Assembly: GCF_964204645.1 (NCBI RefSeq)
Contig: NC_134030.1
Coordinates: 7,855,122 to 7,919,121 of the forward strand
Length of the DNA stretch: 64,000 bases
Direction: 5' to 3'
DNA from: Tubulanus polymorphus
Taxonomy: Eukaryota; Animalia; Nemertea
Positions within the stretch are counted from its first letter, which is position 1, and every line of letters starts with the position of its first letter. The translations under genes and the position numbers were made by a program. The notes beneath the pieces were generated by a model. The model did not search any database. It saw only the letters and a program-made list of their open reading frames with translations, and was not told the origin of the DNA. Positions 25,518 through 36,687 of the stretch are shown here, one piece after another.

Positions 25518-26055
25518 TTACGCTGAACATTTTAGGCAACCACATTGCGACGGTTCCATGTAAAAAAATTAACGTATCCAGGAATATTCTTTCCAAGTCC
25601 ATCCAAACACCCCTCTAAATTCACTGACCGCTTCACTATCTGGTGTTCATGGCAACAGAGGCAACACTGTAGAAATGGAAAAAAGGTGCTAAATGGGTGC
25701 ACGATAAAGGATCATCTTTTTTGGAATACGTATATTAATCATATTTTTATTAGACATGAAATACTCAAGAACGCAGGATTTCTAAAAAAACCCAATAATA
25801 ATTAATCACCTTTCTGAAACCAGAGTGAATCCAGCTTGGCCAGACCTGTGACATGCAGCGTCCTTCGCACTTTTTAACTGCCACTGTACCAAAACAACTG
25901 ACCGGAATTTCGACGCCGTTTTGTAGATGCATTATTTTCGGTACTGAGATCTCGGTGTCCATCAATAGACAGGATCTACGTTCACGAGACGCTAGTACCA
26001 CTCCTACTAACAACACCGACATTGAGCAGACGATTAGCTGAGATACTTATGTCAT
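25518..26055 (-). pseudogene. pburs: Bursicon beta (partner of bursicon) cystine-knot hormone subunit, with premature stop and frameshift
   Basis: Exons 26055-25810 and 25666-25518 (GT-AG, phase 0). Repaired translation MT*VSQLIVCSMSVLLVGVVLASRERRSCLLMDTEISVPK..SCFGTVAVKKCEGRCMSQVWPSWIHSGFRK/CCLCCHEHQIVKRSVNLEGCLDGLG..[fs]MEPSQCGCLKCSA follows the bursicon-beta pattern V.KCEG.C.SQV.PS...GF.K.C.CC.E...L..C.D..G...EP..C.C.KC. TAA at 26047-26049; 1 nt missing in the A7 run at 25562-25568. Confidence 0.85.
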
Positions 26056-29034
26056 CTTGGATTCTGTAAAATCTAGTTTTCATCAGTTTAAAGCGGCACA
26101 CGAGAATGCAAAAATAATATTTACGAATACAGTTTGTGTATCCGTTAAGAATTGCGATATCGAATGAAAATTATTGAAATAAGTGGATAACAAGTTGAAT
26201 TTAAAAGAAAATGCTGTGAAATATAGAAGCTCTCCACCCGCACGCCTATTGTTAAAATGTGTGACATTCATTGCGCCATCAAATTGGTTAGTTTCTATTT
26301 CAGTTAGTCACTCAGGCTTGACGGCCAGCATGACACAATAACACATTGTCTATTGATGGTGAGTTAGTTTTCGTCTTCGTAAAATGTTCAAACCCAAGAG
26401 TTTTGAATATTGAAAAACCAGTGGTATATTTTGTCTGATTATGAGGCATTTGATTTTATCAATTTTTGTTCGTCTCAATACTGATAAGAAAATATGTACG
26501 ATAGATTAGAAAACCCATCTGTATCAGAGACCGACAATAACAAGACACGTCTAACTCTTCCATGCTCTTACGACTGTGGCGAAAGATTTCTGACTGAGGT
26601 CGATTATATTCATAATCATTACTTCTGCCACTTAATCTTAATCGTCATGATTTCCATACCACAGAGACGAACAATCTTGTAAAATGATATGATTAATTTG
26701 AGTTATGCAACGGCGTTCTAATCTACAACTGTCAACCTCAACTAATTTTCTATATGACAACACTCCCTTCTAAAAAATATCCCAGATCTGCCCTTTTTTA
26801 AGTGTATTTCGCCTATATAAGATGACAGGTAAAATGATACTTTGATATCTAAATACATCGCCATTCTGTTGATCGCTATCATATGAAAAGAACCGTTTAC
26901 TTTCCGTCTTAGATAATTGATTGTAAACCCGAAAACGGGCAATAAACACGTCCACAATGGATATTGTTACTGAGTCAAAGGATCTTTTACGGATTCAGCA
27001 ATTAGTTGCAAGACGGTTCTATTCACCGTATTAATCTCGCTAGTTCATTTGGTTTTTTGCTTGTATTATTTTGTTAACTTCTACAAGCATTGCTTGATTT
27101 CATTGATTCAGCGTGGTGTTCATTCTTCTGTCTAATATTTCGTCTATATGAATATGAAATGATTGTAGATAAATGTTCTAAATATGCATCCTCCTTAAGA
27201 ATTTTCCCAACACACTGTCTGTCACACATGCTCTACAAGCGACTTTTCGATCTGCCTGTATATCATACATCAGTTTATTCAGAAAGGATTTTAGCATTCA
27301 GAAATAAACTACAAATTCACATATACTTATTTCTGTTTTCATCTATATCAGCAATTTTTACCTAGAATGCTCTCGCATGAAATGACCTACAATGCTCTGT
27401 TATAATGATAAGTAGCTAAAAGTAATAGAATCTGCACTGAATTGAATATTCATACATGAAATGTGAGAAATCCTATAAAGACATGTTAGTGCCATGCCAG
27501 CAAATTATATTTAGTTTTATCGCATACGATACTACACTCAAATGAATCTAGAAAAGCTATCATCCATAAATTATCTTCATAGTTGTAGTTGGAACTACAA
27601 ATGCAATACTCAAACAGCACGATAACGTGCAAAACGGTAACTTCTATACCTGTCTGTCAAGATATTCTTCGTCTTTTGGTTAGCTTTGGCAGAGTGGCTG
27701 TGCGTATGTCCATGCGCGTACATCTGACAATGAGCGTGTTCTACAACTGATGCCGTGTGGTCGATAGATACGCCGTATTGGCGTTGAAAAGGACTTTCAT
27801 GTCCTATCCAAACATTTTATTTATTACTGTCCTAAGATTTGAATTCTGATGAACCTCGTCCGATCATCTTCCCGATCATCTGGTGAATTGGTCATTTTAC
27901 TTTCATTTCGAATCACACAGGTAATTAATTAATAAGACGTGTTTAGCAGTTTTATTTAAGGCGTCGTTCGTTGCGCAGTAAACGAAGAAATTCATTGATG
28001 AGACAGTTTGATTTACTGAGAAAAATTCCCACTTATCATTTCCCGCATTATCAATGACTGTTCATAAAACAGACACGCGAACTCAAACGTGCACTTTTCC
28101 ATAGTAGTCATATTCTCTAGCATAGAAAAATGACATTCAGAAACCACGATGAAACATGTGGTTAGAGGTATAATGCAAAAAGTCAAAATCGTTCCCGTCA
28201 CCGAAATCGTCGAAGAAGATGTTGGCGCAGTCGGTCGGAGGCGAATGACAACCCGATACAGAAAGCCCTTAAACCTGATCGACAGCTTTATCTTATCGCC
28301 TTAATTTCTATCTAACTGATATCGAGTATATCGAGTATATACAGCTATACAAAGCAAAGTTCTAATGTCAATAGATATTAACGGTGATAATTGCTTGTCT
28401 TGAAGTTACACGTCACCCGAAAGAATGTTCCATTCACACTATTGGAGAACGTGAAAATTAAGATCATTTGTCATTTATTCTAATTTCACAAAAAAAGTTT
28501 TCATGGCCATATGGAGATAATACACGACGATTTATACAGAAGAATGGTCAATATATGATATTCACATTTTATTTTTACTTTTCTTTTATCAGTAAACGTG
28601 GAGACAAATAGTACGTTGAAGGTTTACTAAATCTATTCAAAGTACGAGCTTTGGTTACTACATAGTAGCTTCATCAGGTAAGAGAATGCAGAAACCACCG
28701 TATTTACAGGGAGACTAAGACTAATAAGAGAACGCTCTTTTTATGAATTTTCTTTTTATGTACGAGCTGGGTTCACTTAAGCACCGACTTCGAACATACC
28801 AATTATCATACCTCCAATCTTCATACCGTTCAGCTTCTTTACATATAGCTCGAAAACAAACACGCGGGAATTACCGTTTTTAAGCATAACGCGTAACTTT
28901 CTCATTTTAATTCATAGAGTTCTTGGCTCCTTACAATTTGATGGATGGGCACCAGTGTAATGCTTAGAGTCAAATTGCTTTGTACTGTGGCTTACAGAAA
29001 AAATGCAATGCCTTGAGCTAATATAACAACTTCG

Positions 29035-32000
29035 CTATGCTTCTGACTGATCGTTGTTAATCGAACCGCCTTCCTCGGTTACGATCATGTTCCATTTCAA
29101 ACTACTATCGTCTCTTAGTCTCGACGAAATGCCGTCGTAAATCGGATTATCGCAGTATAGCAATTCTTCGTCGCCTTGCTGGTGCCCTAATGTTAGCGAA
29201 TTCGGGATTTTCCGTGGACCATTAATCAAATCCTGATCTACGACAGCGTACGTCGGGTCGTCGCTAGAAAACAAAGGGTTCGCGTAATTTAACGAATCCG
29301 ACCTCTCGTAATTTGGCTGTCGTCTAATGCTATGCTGATCAAATTCACGAAGTCTTTTTGCTTTGTATTGTGATCTATTCCTGTAATGAACATAAACAAG
29401 TCTTATGCAATTTATTGAGAAATCACGTTTTGAATTTAAGGGTTTATCTAAATAAGACTTAACGTTATGACTGACCTTTTTGAATTAATGATGAATATGA
29501 GTAAAACAAACAACACAATTACCACTCCAATTCCGACGCCTATTCCTAAGACAGTATATATATTCATGCCGTTTGCCGAGTTTGAAAGTTGACCAGCAAC
29601 GGCTGTTGTCTGAACGCTTGTAGAAAATAAGTAATGTGTTGATAATTTGGGATAAGACGTGCTTTCACCAATCAAAGTCGAAATACTTTTATCTGTAGTT
29701 GAAGGATCGTTTGTCGTCGATATTTTAGGTGGTGAAATCGTTGTTTTCCGACGTGTTGTAAGTGGGATAGTGGTAGAAGATATCATCTCGGAAGGAGAAC
29801 TCAATGACATGGTAGAAGTGAAAAAACTGGGCAGTTTTGAGGATTGAGAAGTTGTAGTTCCCGTTGATAATTCACCTACCATCGTACTCGTTCGGTGTAT
29901 CGATGGAGAGCTGCTCATCATGGGCCTTCTCGATGTGCTTGGAAACATTGTTTGTTTTGGGGTTGTAATCACTGATTTAGTGGACGCCGACTGAGTTGTT
30001 GTTATTTCTATCGTTGTTGGACTGGTAACCGTGGGTTCAGTAGATGTTGGTCTAGCAGTTATTAGTGAATTGTTTGTCGTGCGACTAGTAGCTGGTTCGG
30101 TAGTTTCTGGTTTAATTGTTGGGGTCGTTGGTCTGGTATTTGCTTGACTACTTGTGTGTTCCACCGTAGGTAATGGTTTGGCTGAACTCGGGCGAGTAGT
30201 CATTCGTCTGGTTGTTAGCGAAGAATCAGTAGTCGATGTAGTTGGTGGTGAAGATTTTGGTTTGGTTATTAGTGAAGTAGTAGTCTTTGTAATTGATGTT
30301 GAAGTAATACGTTGTGTAGTAAGTGTATAAGTAGTCATGGTAGATTTTAGTGAAGTTGTTATTGGTTTAGTAGTTTGTGGACTAGAGGTCATGGTAGATT
30401 TTAGTGAAGTTGTTATTGGTTCAGTAGTTTGTGTACTAGAGGTCATGGTAGATTTTGATGAAGTTGTCATTAGTCTAGTAGTTTGTGTACTAGGGGTCAT
30501 GGTAGATGTTGGTGAAGTTGCGATGGGTTTAGTAGTCTGTGTTCTAGAGGTCATGGTAAATTTTGGTGAAGTTGTTATTGGACCCGTAGTTGTTGCACTA
30601 GTAGTGGTTATAGTTGATGGTGAAGACATCGGTTGAGTAGTTGGTGAACTAGAAGTCTTGGTAGATTTTTGTGAAGTGGTTATTGGTTTAGTAGCATGTG
30701 TACTAGTAGTCGTTTTAGATGTTAATGGCGATGATATAGGTTTGTTAGTTGGTGTGCTTGTGGTCAAAGTTGTTGTGGGGCGAGTAGTCGCTGACTTGGT
30801 AGTAGAGGGAGTCATGGTAGATATCAACGGAGAAGTCATTGGTTTGGACGTTGATGGACTATCTGTAATGGTTGTTGGTGGATGAGTAGTTGATGTACTA
30901 GTGGTCATTGTTGATTGTTTTGGAGTTGATGAAGTAATGGTAGATCTTGGTAGAGTTGTAGTAGACTTAGTTGTAGTTTTTGTAACAGTGGTCTTTGGTA
31001 TTTCGTATGTTGAACTAGATGCTGTAGACATGGTAATGGTTCGGGTAGTTGTTGCAGAGGTAGATGGCTCATGTGTAGTTGTCGTCGTTCGAGGAGGTAG
31101 CTCTAAAAATACATTAAAACATTGTAATATCACAATGCTCCTAAACTGTACCAACGAACCCGAGGCGTATACTCACTTTTTTCGCAAACGTTTGGTAGTG
31201 GACTGGAACACGGAGCTTCCGACCAGTGAACTTTGGGCCCTTCTAATCCGACAGTTAGCGTGAACATCGCCACGCATTGTTCCACCGAAGCCTTTACCTT
31301 TTTAGGGTAAGTTTTGAACCAATCCGTATATACCATCGGTTGTCCTAGTCGTGAAATAAAAACCATACGTTATATCGGTGGGCCAAATGCTTCGATACCT
31401 GGGCCTAGTAATTATATCATACCAGTGTGTAACATCCACTTCACGTTTGTAGCACCGATCCAAAATTTATCAATCAGATTATCCGAACCTTTCAAATGAC
31501 TGATGAAACTTCTTACTTCAACCTGTTGCATCGTTGTAGTAATGGTTAACAGACCACCACCTCTTTTAGCGCAAAATTCTCGCGCTTTAAACCACGACAG
31601 CTTTACGGAACTGGCATACAAACAGCGGCCCCCCTTCTTTACATTATCACAGGTTTCTGTTCCTGGAACGGTGAAATAACTGTGATATTTATCTAGGCGT
31701 GCATGGTAAGAATTTTGTGGCTGTATGATCGAACCTTTTATTTCGCAGATGAATTTTAGCAATGCGGAACAGGTCTGTTCCGACCACCGATAATCAAATG
31801 CTGATATTACCGCGCATGACTTGGTTTCTCGTCCTGAATTCGGTCTATTCTTTTTCCAAAAATCAAATCCACCTGAAATCAAAGTGACCCCATCAAACGA
31901 AGGATGCAGAATTTCAGTTAATTCACCTGTACCATTGATTTTTCAAAACATTCGTAGAGAAGCCGTGTTAAACTGGCGATAGGTTAACTTGGTTATATCA

Positions 32001-35000
32001 GGGAAGTGTGATGAGATGGAATACGGACGCTATTGTGCAGCTCTTGTCGAATGTGCGTTGTAATTGCCCTAAAGCCGATAACGGTTCGTCGGCGAGCGCT
32101 TTGTTACGTAACGCGCCGATAAGCGATAACCAGCGAGATCGGGAATCTCCGTAATAATTCAGTTGTTTCCGAATATCGGTTTTTCATCCCATAATAAACT
32201 TATATAAAAATTCCTCTGTAAACTGGTTAAACTCAACACCTGATTTCCCCTCATCAATTATGGTCGATCAACTTGTATTCACAATTGTCTTAAATTTAAG
32301 TGCCCCCTAGTTTGTCTCTTAACTGCTTCTCTTTAATCTGTTTTAGCGTGTAACTGTTTCTACGTTAATTTTCCTTTAGTTAGTATCATCTCTGATTTCT
32401 TGAATTAGTCTCTTTGTCTCTGGATTGTATATATCTCTCATAATTTCTGTAGTATTCATTATTTCTGAAGATGACTATTAGGACATAGACGAAACGTTGA
32501 ATAAACTACTAACATTTTTAATTGGACTTTTTCGTTATCATTGTGGGATTCTCTCTACATCGCTTCAGACGGATATAGTGTTTTATCAATCGTGATATCG
32601 GTTCTTTCCGCTGTATTAAAATGGCAACGGTTGTCAACGAAATTATAAATGATGACGATTTTGACGATCTATTCTTTGATAGTGACGAATTGGTTCAGAT
32701 CGATACGGAAATATTACGGGAATCCTCTGGATCAGGTTCAACTAATTCGGCCGATTCTAGTGAGTGTTATTCCTTTTGAATCAATGAAATATCGGAATAG
32801 TTTCCACCTAATTGCAGGCACTTTATTCTTTCCTTTTCTTTTTCATATAGGTACTTCTCAGGCTCAGCTGACCAGAGACTGCGATCTGAACACGAGAAAA
32901 CACACATACAGGTATTTTTTACATTTATTTTTATAATCAATACAATCCTTTTAGGTTATAAAATAATAAACGAATACAGAAAATAATATATAAACATAAT
33001 ATAAAAAATCCAGATAAGTACATGTTAAAATAATAATAATTATTATTATTTTCGCAGGAACACTATATATTTGGAAAAGGCTATGACTGAAGTGATTAAC
33101 CATCGAGTATTTAAATTCAGTTCAAATGGAATGGCAGCAGTACATTATGGAAAATCGATCGATAAAATTTTGACTACAAATACGTCGCCGTCCAGACTTG
33201 GAATTGACCAGTGGTTTACATGTCCATTGTTTTAATTTGATAGTCACAGGGACAGTTTTTTTAACATTTTTGTTCTTACGCCATTTTTGTAATTTGACAC
33301 GACACATATTACAGATATATATCGGGTACTGTTCAGTATCATCATCAAAATCAATGTTGAACAACTCCTTCACATGGCTTTTGAAATTATTTTTATCGAT
33401 AGGACGACGATCCACACAATCGACAAAGATCCATGACTAAAAACAAGAAAAGGTTAATCAAATGAGATTGCTGATGCTATTTAGGCAACTTTATTTATAT
33501 GGGGGACAATAATTTGTAGGCCAAATGTAAGCGTTATTAAGTAACATTATTATGTAGTAAATACACATTTTAAAGATCATACTTCGTGTATATGTTTGTG
33601 TCGTAACATAGCAACATGACGTCAGAAACGAAAGCTGCGCGAGTCTGGGCCGAAATATTTGACATCTTCAAGGCCCAAATAACGCTAAACCCGGAATCGG
33701 AACGAACTGGCAAAAACATATGTTTAACACATAAAAACAGACTTTAATCACAATATAAATACTTAATGTTCCGATACCGGGTTTCGGAGATATAGAAGAA
33801 TAAAAATACATACCTTTTTGGACAAATTTTACGAGAAATTGTTGAATTTCAACCGATTTTCTAAAGAAAAATATGTGTATACACAGCCACTTCCACGTTG
33901 TTCAATGAACTGCAGTGCGCATGCGTAGTATCGATCGCAGAACATTTATCGGGCTAAAACTATTGCGGGTTGTTCTGCGACCGAATCAAAGTTGATGTTG
34001 ACTGGTGTTCAGCTGGTAACACACACTCGATAAGCGTAGCTTACTGCTGTTGCGGTAACCTTTGATGTACGGGCTGAATTGAATAGCCTACATCCGGCAA
34101 TTAAAAGCGTCCGTATTCCATCTCATCACACTTCCCTGGTTATATGAACTACGAGCTTCCGTTACTAACGCGTAGCCTCATCAGGTAAATGAGACCCAAT
34201 GAAGCTGCGATACATTAGTAGCAAAGGCTACCTTTGATTTAGGAAAATGTTGTTGTGCTCGAATGAAAAGACTTACCATTAACATTATAAATATAATTGT
34301 GCAGTGGTCCACCACAATTTTTGGTTCTATCTCCTGAACATTGTAATCCACAGGAAATTCCGTACCCGTATCTGCCATATTTATTTCCGCACCAGCATTC
34401 TTTAGCGTACTGAAGGAAAATTACGACGAAGCTTTTACAAATTTTGATGTTCGAATGTTAGATCTACATAAACCCGAATTCTTACCTGAAGACCGGCATA
34501 TTTCCATTTCTCGTGTTTGCACAATTTCATACATATATCAATGGTCATCGAATTAGAGCGACGGATTCTTACTTGAAGATCACGATTTTTGCTGTTGAAT
34601 ATACCATCCTTTTTATCAACAAAACAGCCTTGTGCCCCTATATCTAGCGACGCTGTATAAGATATTGAACAGATGCAAGGCTTATATGACAAACAAACAA
34701 ATGTAGAATGATTTCATCGTCGGTTTTGCAGGAAACCATTCATTTTAGGGTGGCTTACATGTTGCGAGGCCATTTTCGAGTTCAAAACCGTTACCATGAT
34801 TCCTTTATACATTGATAACTGCTATCGATGTGCACTACGTCATCAATATTGGCGTTTCAAAATAACAATAATAATTGTGAATTTTGGCGTTGCCTTTTTG
34901 ATGATGAATTTGAGTCAGAATTTTGGCTAGACTGGTTGATTCAATTTAGTTCTCGATATTACCAAATTAAAAAAAAAAACTTCATTTATACTTGATATCC

Positions 35001-35586
35001 CATATTATTCATTTTCGACTTTTCTTCAAGGCGTCAATAAAATTTTGAGTTAGTTTTCTTGTTAGTTTTCAGAACTTACTCATATTATGTTCCCAATGCC
35101 AATCGGTTTGCGTCAGGGTACCACCTGTCCAAGCAGAGTTCCATTTTCTTTTGCCCATTTGTCCGACGATAAAATCTCGCTCTTCCTGACTCTCAACGTC
35201 CAACTGGGACATTCCTCGATTTTGGCAGGATGTCTGCACTTGCAGTTGAGTAAGTTCTTTCTCGTTGAAGTAGTAACAGGAGTCGGCGAATTCCACCTCA
35301 TCGTTGCCTGGACATCTATCATTACTTGAAGCTATGAAAACGAACATTATATGAGAGGTTTTTAAGAGTCCAATCTCCGAGACAAAACTTTCTCCAAAAA
35401 CAGCAGCAACATCTTTCTAGTCTCATTATATTCAAACATAAATCGGTCATCGTCAAGAAAATAAAAGATGACAAGTTGTGCTTACCCCCAACAGAGACGA
35501 CTGTTTAACCGATACTTACCGATAGGAACGGATAAGCTGATAATGCAGACTAGACACTTAAACAAATAAAGCAAAATTGGCATCAT
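29035..35586 (-). CDS. C-type lectin / WSC / mucin-stalk type-I membrane receptor, paralog A (~1045 aa)
   Basis: Exons 35586-35520 (signal peptide MMPILLYLFKCLVCIISLSVPI), 35331-35080 (CTLD1 N-half), 34652-34486 and 34409-34277 (WSC: GCFVD..RDL..MTIDICMKLC..YAGLQYAKECWCGN..C..QCSGD..NCGG), 31872-31735 (CTLD1 C-half), 31662-31423 and 31344-31177 (CTLD2), 31102-29476 (Thr/Ser/Pro stalk + TM), 29380-29035 (tail with NPLF, TYAVV, NPIY). 3138 nt, in frame, all GT-AG. Confidence 0.9.
30280..30860 (-). repeat. 54-bp (18-aa) coding tandem repeat of the mucin stalk
   Basis: GTCATGGTA recurs at 30334, 30388, 30442, 30496, 30550; unit ~MTSSTQTTKPITTSLKST, degenerating outwards. Confidence 0.8.
32182..32594 (+). 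mobile_element. Penelope-like retroelement terminal fragment nested in the DNA transposon
   Basis: 32456-32594 is the reverse complement of 56280-56425; flanked by the 9-bp duplication ATATCGGTT (32173-32181, 32595-32603); contains a hammerhead motif. Confidence 0.65.
32459..32504 (+). ncRNA. Minimal type-I hammerhead ribozyme motif (degenerate copy)
   Basis: TTATTT-CTGAAGA-T-GACTAT(TAGGAC)ATAGAC-GAA-ACGT-T-GAATAA: stem I 6 bp, stem II with one mismatch, palindromic ACGU in place of stem III. Confidence 0.6.
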
Positions 35587-36687
35587 TTATTCAAGACGCT
35601 AAAATGTATAGAACATCCGATGGTCACCGATCATAGAAGGACAGTAAATATAACTGAGGTATTGAAAGTCAGATATGAACATCGTTCGATTTGATAAGCG
35701 ATAGGGTCAGTATTGTTTACGGTAGCTATCTAAAGTCTTTAACACTGTTATCTATTTTGTAGATTTTGTCAGCATTATTAGATATCGCATGTCAAGTTTA
35801 TACCACGATTTATATATTTGACGTTGCCTCAGGCAAGAACATGTTCTAGGCTACGACTGGGTCAACGCAGGTCTCTGAGTGTTATGTCTGAAGGCTCATT
35901 AATTGACCCCAGGGCACTTATATAGTCCAATCTATTAGCTCACGAATTTACCTTAGGAATTGCTTGATTTCAGTTCATTTGACGAGATACGATCGAAACT
36001 TTTAGTCGAACGTTTCTTTAGAAAATTGCTGAATTGATAATCAAGATGGCGCATTCGACGACGATTGGTCATGTCTCACAGTCGTTCAGTAATTTAACTG
36101 GAACAATCAAAACCAAGAGATAACGCGTAACTTTTTATTCACGAATAAGACAGCATATATCCTTTTTCATATGAAACACGGCATAACCATCATCCACCAT
36201 AATCTTAAAACTTAACTGAAAAATTCCAGATTATTTCGAATATTCATTCATTAACGCATGTCCTAACAACATAATATATAAAGTATTCCATATTTGATAT
36301 TACAAACATAATATATCATACATCGAAAACATAACGTGAAAACAACATAATTTCCATAACGTCTTGAGTGATGAAATTGATTTTCGGCCAAGCAAGTGAT
36401 GATTCAACGTCAATTTAGATAAAAAGTTGCGGTAATCCTCTGCGACCGCTCATCGATCCTTGATCAGCGATGGCGGGTAAATTACCTCCCACTTCCATAC
36501 GAGGGCGAAATAAACTTTCAAAGGTAATGCGTGGAACGAAAGTCTCCCCCTGGTGGCAGGAACGGGGAACGACAGAAACAGATTCAACGAAATAGGATTG
36601 TCACCAACCTTGGACGTATGAAGTCGTATGAAGTAACGACATAAGATTGCCACCAACCTGGACATGTTTATACGGCCATGCATCGAT

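Larger units (their letters stand above)
31999..34138 (-). mobile_element. 2.14-kb defective DNA transposon (CA..TG ends, 7-bp TSD, P-superfamily-like) with a RAG1-N-terminus/Chapaev-like zinc-finger remnant
   Basis: Perfect 33-bp TIRs CAGGGAAGTGTGATGAGATGGAATACGGACGCT (31999-32031 / 34106-34138); TSD GTTATAT (31992-31998, 34139-34145); internal minus-strand MDLCRLCG [frameshift] ..VKELFNIDFDDDTEQYPIYICNMCR..KQW at 33434-33210. Confidence 0.85.

Noticed and set aside
29659-31263. Val-rich plus-strand ORFs
   Set aside because: Antisense shadows of the Thr-rich stalk of paralog A.
31999-32031. TIR as a RAG recombination signal sequence
   Set aside because: No CACAGTG heptamer or nonamer, the TSD is 7 bp rather than 5 bp, and no RAG1 core or RAG2 sequence is seen.
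28640-34190. Other CTGATGA motifs (minus strand ~28675 and ~34180) as hammerheads
   Set aside because: No stem II closed by GAAA; they belong to the palindromic repeat family.
35486-35500. Apparent 15-nt micro-exon in paralog A
   Set aside because: The upstream intron would be only ~19 nt, too short to splice.
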